DNA of 64,000 nt from the human T2T-CHM13v2.0 reference genome, Homo sapiens. The stretch's first letter is position 1. Every line of letters begins with the position of its first letter. This document shows positions 55,541 through 64,000 of this stretch, piece after piece. A program made the translations under genes and the position numbers. The notes below the pieces were generated by a model. The model was not told the origin of the DNA and did not search any database. It was given only the letters and a program-made list of their open reading frames with translations. The DNA is taken from NCBI RefSeq assembly GCF_009914755.1, contig NC_060926.1, one strand, 5' to 3'.

Positions 55541-57249
55541 TATTTTTTGTTTACTTATTTAGATTTTCTATTTTGAGCTAGGTTCTCACTCTGTCATCCA
55601 GGCTGGAGTATAGTGAGGGTCTCACTCTGTCACCCAGGCTGTAGTACAGCGGCATGATCATAGCTCACTACAACCTTGAACTTCTGGGCTCAAGGGATTC
55701 TCCTGTCTCAGCCTCCTGCATAGCTGGGAGTACAGGTGCATGCCACTGCATTTGGCTAGTTTCGTTTTTTGTAGAGACAGGATCTCGCTCTGTTATCTAG
55801 GCTGGTGTTGAACTCCTGGCCTCAAGCGATTCTCCTACCTCAGCCTCTCAAAGTGCTGGGCTTACAGGCATGATCCACCATGCCTGGTCTGGCTCCTCAT
55901 ATTTTAAAGTCATTGACCATAGCTGTGCCCAGTAAGTTTTCTAAATGTTAAAATTGCATTTATGATTTTATTTATTTCTTTTTCTTTGTCTCTTTGAGAC
56001 TGAGTCTTGCTCAGTCACTCAGGCTGTAGTGCAGTGTCACAGTCTCGGCTCACTGCAACATCTGCCTCCTGGGTTCAAGGGATTCTTGTGTTTCAGCCTC
56101 CTGAGTAGCTGGGATTACAGGCGTATACCAACACGCCTGGCTAATTTTTGTATTTTTAGTAGAGACAGGGTTTCACCATGTTGGTCAGGCTGGTCTCAAA
56201 CTTCCTGAGCTCAAGTGAATCCTCCTGCCTTGGCCTCCCGAAGTTCTGGGATTACAGGCGTGAACCACCATGCCTGGCCACATTATGATTTTAAATAAAA
56301 AGGCTAATTTTATGAGCTTCATATACCAGTTTTATTCTTTTGTGATTATTCTTTTAATTTTTAGCTATTTATATATTATTTTTAAAAATTCCTTTTTATG
56401 TTTCTTTAAATGATTTCCTAGATTTCTTAGAGACTAAATATATCAGAAGAGGGAAGAGGACATGCTACTAGTTACCAAAATGTGGTAGACTTTTATTCAA
56501 CAGAATGAATAATTGAATTACCCAGAAACATCTTGTAACATTTTAAAGAAATTAGTGTGTAGTAAGTACACAAATCGTTTGGAAAATCAAACATTATTTT
56601 GCAAATGTTGCTTGGGATCTGTTGGTTAACTGCAGTTAACCAGTAATAGTTGGTTAACAATTTAGAGAAGAGTAAAATTAGGTATGCACTACACCTATAC
56701 ACCAAAATTAGTTCTAGAACAACTAAAGGAATATGTTTAATTTTGTTCTTATGATAGAAATATTTATCTTAAGGTCTGTATTCTGTGATCACAGCGTCTT
56801 GATGCAAGGATTGGGAGGTTTTCACTGTGGCCACAGAAGATCATCAGATCCGTTTTGAAGGCATTTAAAATGCACCATTTGGGATTTCCTGATGCATATT
56901 TGGTAGCCTTTATCATTTACCAAATATGTTGGAATAGGACAGTGCTTAAAGCTGGCAAAAAATTCATAAAAAATTTGATGTTTGTCCTTTGAATGATCAG
57001 GTACCCCTTCAGAGATTAGTATTGACTAGATCTTCCTAGACTAGAGTTTTGTATACCTTTTCTTTTGGTACTTCTAGGGAGGTAAATACTTTAATAACTT
57101 AAAGCAGGCTTCTTGCTGCATGTCTTGTTTGCTGAAGTTACCTGAAATACGTATTTTTAAAGTATACTGACATACTCATTCTCCTTCTCCCTCCATGTAT
57201 CTGTGTATCAAATATAGTGAGAAAAAAATGCATTACACCTGCAATTTAG

Positions 57250-57508
<259 letters not shown>

Positions 57509-57863
57509 TAGCCAGGATGGTCTCGATCTCCTGACCTCGTGATCTGCCTGCCTCGGCCTCCCAAAGTGCTGGGATTACAGGCATGAGCCACCGCGCCTGG
57601 CCTATTTATTCATTCTTGATAATACTTGTATATATACCTAACAAAATTCAAAAAGCACATAATGAAAAGCAAGTCTGTGACTCACCCAAACTCTGCCACT
57701 TATTACTCTTCCTCAGAAATAACCACTATTTCCATTTTTTTTGTATTCACTTCAGGGGTGCTTATGGTGTCTACAACTATCTGTATATTCCCTTAAACAC
57801 TATTTCACACACACACACATAAATGGTAGCATGCTGTGCACACAGTTCTACACTTGACAGTAT

Positions 57864-57902
<39 letters not shown>

Positions 57903-58765
57903 TTGAGACAGAATCTCACTCTGTTGCCCAGGCTAGAGTGCAGTGGTGTGATCTTGGCTCACTGCAACCTCCGCTTCTCGGGTTCAAGTAATTCTTCTGC
58001 CTCAGCCTCCTGAGTAGCTGGGATTATAGACGCCCGCCACCACGCCTGGCTAATTTTTGTATTTTTAGTAGAGATGGGGTTTCACCATGTTGGCCAGGAT
58101 GGTCTCCAACTCCTGACCTCAAGTGATCCGCCTGCCTTGGCCTCCCAAAGTGATGGGATTACAGGCATCTGCCACCATCCTTGGCCATTTTTTGTAATTT
58201 TAGTGGAGATGGTGTTTTGCCGTGTTGGCCAGGCTAGTCTCGAACTCCTGGCCTCAAGTGATCTGCCTGCCTTGACCTCCCAAAGTGCTGGGATTACTGG
58301 TGTGAGCCACCGTGCCTGGCACTTTACAGTTTTAACCTAAGCATCTAAGAGATAATGGCATACTAGCTTTTAGTATGTATTAGACACTGTTCTAAGCACT
58401 TAACATTTAATGTGTTGCGTGCTTGCAGTCACCCGTGAGGTAGATAAAAATATCCCTGTCTACATTATATAGATGAGGAAAATGAGGCTCAGAGAAGTTG
58501 AGTATAGAGGCCAGAATTCAGTCCCAGGGAGTTTGGCCTCTCCGTGTTCCTAATTACAAGTATGCTCCATGTCTCTATATATTAGGTTGACCATAGGACA
58601 TTGCAGTTTTTGTTATCACATGATTCTGCCTAAGAAATAGATTTGTGGCCCGGCACAGTGGCTCACACCTGTAATCCCAGCACTTTGGGAGGCCGAGGCG
58701 GGCAGATCACAAAGTCAGGAGATTGAGACCATCCTGGCCAACACTGTGAAACCCCATTTCTACTA

Positions 58766-58993
<228 letters not shown>

Positions 58994-59874
58994 TTACATG
59001 TAGAGGACCATGATTTTTAAATTAGGATTGGCTAATACATAGATGGCTTCCATATTTTTGCTTTTATGAGCAGTACTGCAGTTAATGATCTTTCTGTTTA
59101 TGTTAATTTTTTACATGGGTAAGAAGTAGAATTGTTGTGTCAAAGGGGATGGGCATTTAAATAATTTTTAGAAATTGCCTTCTATAGAGATTATACTAGT
59201 TTATACTTTCATCAGCAATGTATGAGAGTTTGTGAAAATATATGAGTGTGTCCCCACACATACAAATGGGTGCATTTGAGTTTTATATATGTGATAGTTT
59301 GGTTGACAGGTGTTCAACTGCATGGGATCCTAGCATAATAATGCAGTTAGCTCTGACCACAATTATTTCAATATTAGAATATATTAATCTGTATTTTGGG
59401 ACCTCATACTGTTGTTTAATTATAGTAATACCCAGAGACATTATTTAGTACCCCACTGCTTACTCTGTGCTAAAAGGTAAGTTAATATATATGTTTCAAT
59501 CAGTTTTCTTTTTTATTAAGTACATTTTATTATAGTTTGAAATAGAAATATAATTTTTGAGTTTGGTGTCTTTTATTTTTAGTTGTCAAATATATCTTAA
59601 GTCTTTAGTTTTGATGTTACTTGATTATATGATTATATACCTATAAAGTAAAAAAAAAAAAATCTTATTTACACTGATAAAGTTCCTAAAACTTATCAAA
59701 CAAATTGTTGTGAATAAAATTCTGAAAAAACTAGCTAGGAGAAAATGACCTATTTATTACAACACATTTAATAATGAAAGTAGAAGTTTTTTAACGATTA
59801 GATGTTGACTTCTTCAAAAGAAGGTGGTATAGACATCATATTTCAGTGGATTTTGAATCAAAATAGAAAGTTAG

Positions 59875-60363
<489 letters not shown>

Positions 60364-60985
60364 TAATAACTGAGTGATTGGGTTTTACTTTAACTTATTA
60401 AGTATTCCCTTCGTCTTCCCATTAATGTGTTATTTAGATGGTTGCTCTTGTTTAGATCCTTGGCCCTTTCCCATTCACTTATGATTCCTGTCATTCTGTT
60501 GAATACTACTTGGAGTTGCTAATTCACATTGATGTGCAGAATGTCCTACTCTCGCATCAGACCTTTTGGTAACTCCCTTTCATTTCCACTTTTCACCAGT
60601 TAAAGGCTTACAGGACCCTTTCAAACCAGATCTCTTTTGTAAAATTTTCTGTATTTATTCTGTTATGTATTTTCCCTATCTACTTGTGTATATATAGAGT
60701 GTTTAGTTTGTTTGCTTATTTCCTCACCAAACCTAGCATAGTGTAAGACATTGGTTGTCAATTTTGTTGATCTGAAATGTTAATTTGCAATTATCAGGTA
60801 AAATCAAGTTTTGGATCATTTCGTATGTTGTGCAGTTATGGTTTTCCATTGCTAGTAGTAATTAGATGCCTTTTTATAGATGCAGTAGGAATGTGGGGAG
60901 AAGCAACATGTAGTTTTATCTGTTTCATCCATTTTTTTCTTTCTTTTTTTCCTTTTTCTCTTTTTTTTTTTTTTTTTTTTGGCAG

Positions 60986-61097
60986 AGAAACTTTTCCATG
61001 TCTGTAAATAGTGCTGCTGTCCTGCGATTGACAGGACGAGGAGGAGGAGGAACAGTGGTGGGGGCTCCTAGAGGTCGAAGTTCTTCAAGAGGGCGAG
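60986..61097 (+). CDS. GIGYF2: GIGYF2 coding exon 4: RNFSMSVNSAAVLRLTGRGGGGTVVGAPRGRSSSRGR(G)
   Basis: Acceptor T20-ggcag|A; donor GAG|GTGAGC; 112 nt, phase 0-1; residues 90-126 and the start of the RG-rich region. The gene continues beyond the window. Confidence 0.97.
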
Positions 61098-62572
61098 GTG
61101 AGCTTTCATATGAAAAAAGTAATAATGGAGGAGGAGGAGGAGGATAGAGAACTTACTTTTAAAATATTTTAATGCCTGATTTAATAAAAACTGTTCTTTG
61201 ACATTAACTGCATACTAAATGTCCTGAATATTTATATTCAGAACCATTTTTTAGAGGTATCTCCTCTATAATCCCTGATTTGGAGCAGAAGAGTATAATT
61301 CTAGCTGTACAGATTTGAACATGAGGGAGTCTAGACAGTCCCAATTCACTCCAACAGATCCATGTTCCTCATCCCTGGAGAGCCTTACACTCTGGGAGCC
61401 AACGACTCCTGAAGTGTCTTAACTATGGAAGCAGCACTGAAGTACCTGCAGTCCTCTGTGACAGTTTCTGTGTGAGGGGCGTGTGCCAAGAGCTTCTCCA
61501 GCCAGAGAGGGGCTTTAACAAAAACTGCCTCATCAGGACTAGGACATTTAGGGGTAGAAAAAAAGATAATTCTGCCACATTCATTTATTTAACCTATAGT
61601 TTTACATATTTTTGTCTTGGAAAAATAGTTCTTATTTTGATATTACTTGTTTCTTTGATATCTGCCCCCTATTTTGGGTTTGCTGATTTTCTCCTATATG
61701 ACGACATTCTTAAATATTTGTAATATGAATATTTGCTTAATCATGTAGCTCTTACGTTGACTAAATCATAACAGTGGTCTAAATACACCTTGTGATTTTC
61801 TGTAAGAGATGCTTTAGAAATGGAAGAATTGGATGTCTGCAATGAGTGAGACCATTGTCTCTGCATATTGTACCACCAAGATTGGCATGATCATGAGTAT
61901 AGAGTATTTAAATTCTTTATAAATAGAGTAATTTATCTACAGTCTCTCTAGAAAATGCATTCAATTGTGCATTCCTGGGAAGAGATTTCTTTTAGTAGTC
62001 CACTCAGAATGTGGGAATCCAGGTGTGAAGTGTCTGATTAAAAGTCTCCACTTGTTTTGCTAGGTACTATTACATAGTTGTGTTTTTCCCTCTGGCTTTA
62101 TTTGTCCATCTTTAGAGAATATTTTTTTTTTTAACCTGAGGAGATGTTAGACTAATCTGTAAAACTTAAAGGAAATACCTGTGCAACAAAATTTTGGGTG
62201 GTGGGATCTAGGCATGTGTGTGCTTCAAAAGCTCCACAGGCAGTTCAGATTCATACACCGAGTTAGGTTCCATTGGTCCAGAATTTGAGATCCATGCATC
62301 TTGGTGGCATGGTGGTGGTTTCGAGTTGGGACTGACCACTTATGGCTCTGGCCTGCTGCTTGGGCATTTCCTGTGTTTTTCTGCTGTGGGTTGGTAGCAA
62401 GGAGAGGTTGTACTTGGGCAGCTTTGCCTCCAGTGCTTTTCAGGGCAAGCCAGGGAGAGATCTTCTTGGTGAAGAAGTGTGAATAACACCGACTTTTGTG
62501 TGCTGCAAATACCAACCAATCTCTGAACAGCACCCCCCGCCCCCCGCCATTACTTAATCTAGAAACAAGTGA

Positions 62573-62632
62573 ATGATTGAATTTCTCCTTGCTTTTTGGT
62601 TTATGATTGAATTTCTCCTTGCTTTTTGGTTT
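62573..62632. repeat. Perfect 30-bp tandem duplication
   Basis: ATGATTGAATTTCTCCTTGCTTTTTGGTTT x2 (62573-62602, 62603-62632). Confidence 0.95.
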
Positions 62633-64000
62633 CTTTGAAATGAAGGGTTATCACATATGATAGAAAGCTTACATTCAGAATTTAATCAGGCTATGTAAAA
62701 AAGATAGATGTGACATATGTAAGAAGTCATGACTTTATTTACATATTAATGTTGAAGAATGGCACGAAACTAGTCAAGTGACTGAACTGACTTGGTGTGA
62801 AAAGTACTTTTAACATTATCTCAACCACCCGTGATTCTTCTTAATGATCTCAGTAGCTCATTTTCTGAAAGAAGGTTGTAATTATAATCTGTGGTTTTGT
62901 GTTTTCCACTCATTACTTAATTTTAACTTGCTGGTTAAATAATGATTATTGTGGCTTTTCTTTGTATAGGCAGAGCTAACACTAGATGATTATCTTGGCT
63001 GTTTGCAACTTTAGGAAACTTTGATGTGGAAATTGACTGATTTCCAGGCTGCTAAATATCATGTACTAGTAAAATTTAAATAAACTAAATAGGTGGTAAG
63101 AACAACATGAAACTGTCATTTTATTTGGTTAGGTTGTTTAAAAATAAAGCAGATTGACAGAGCTCTCAACTATTGTCTTCATCATTATTAAAAGGAAGTA
63201 TGTTTTAATTCCCAAAAAGAATAGGGTGAATTCTTAGTAGAACAGTTCTTTAATTGAGCCTTACGATAGGTTCATCATGTTATATTTACTTCCTTATTCA
63301 TGTATGGGAACCACTTTATAGAAGATTAAAATTTTTCCAAGTTGGAAAGCTTTAGAACCTGATCGTTGTAGTATGTCCCACCCTAAAGTTTTAGTATCAT
63401 TAGCAGGACCGGTGTCAGTGCTAGTTATAACTGAGAAAATATTTTATATGTGTTTTGCTTGTCTTTCTGGTAAGCTGGAGGCTATTTTTTATATTTATAT
63501 GTTTCTGGAATAAAACATTTTCTTCAAGGTGATACAAGTGTAAGGGCCTTCCTGAGCAAATGGCTTTCTCTAAAAGATGAGGAGACTTTTGCCCCCATCC
63601 TAAAATCTTCCTTGTAGAGGACATGCGTTATATGACAATTTATATTACATTATTTTAGGATCTTAAATACAGTGTATACATTTCCTGAAGGGGAGAAGTA
63701 CTTAAACTGTGAGTTGACTTTAAGTGAAGTTGACACAAGTGGAAGGGTAACTTTATTATAGTTCCACCGTGCTTCTCACTTCCGTTTGACAAATGAAGAA
63801 GTGGATACTTGCACTCGTCAAGAGGGTATCCATTGTTTCTAAGATTACCCACAAAATAATTTGGTGCATTATTTTGATACTTCATAATATAGTCATATAA
63901 AAGTACAAGTGTATTCTGAGTTAATTCTTGATAAATTACAAACAAGAAATAGAAATACTGCATGGATATTTGAAGTAATTAGCTCAATTATATTTAGCTT

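Noticed and set aside
63421-63963. Minus-strand ORFs near the window end, considered as the nested antisense gene KCNJ13
   Set aside because: No Kir-channel motifs; from recollection KCNJ13 lies in a more downstream GIGYF2 intron outside this window.

Overview
Human (primate, very Alu-rich) genomic DNA containing the 5' ~62 kb of GIGYF2 (GRB10-interacting GYF protein 2, chr2q37.1) on the + strand. It holds a CpG-island promoter with GC boxes, a perfect GTCACGTGAC E-box/CLEAR palindrome and a YY1 site; non-coding exon 1 (to 2154); a 66-nt 5'UTR exon (8186-8251); candidate alternative 5'UTR exons (3031-3069, 5347-5416, Alu-derived 29335-29452); and four coding exons (39959-39999, 52378-52507, 53750-53845, 60986-61097). 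These splice in frame to residues 1-126 (MAAETQTLNFGPEWLRAL...YRYGREEMLAL...RGRSSSRGR), which include the 4EHP/EIF4E2-binding region. The gene continues past the window. An antisense full-length processed EEF1B2 pseudogene lies at ~34230-35039. The rest is intron filled with >50 Alu/FLAM pieces (one young AluYa5), L1/L2 fragments, MaLR LTRs and MER/Charlie DNA-transposon fossils. Almost all ORFs in the supplied track are Alu- or low-complexity artefacts. I see no new gene or clearly novel system. The most interesting unexplained signals are potential RNA-processing switches: an in-frame read-through plus intronic poly(A) signal right after the 4EHP-binding exons (possible 142-aa decoy isoform), a strong upstream poison 3' splice site, and two GC-donor cassette exons in the 5'UTR, one carrying a uORF. 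Repeat subfamily names and repeat boundaries are by eye and approximate.
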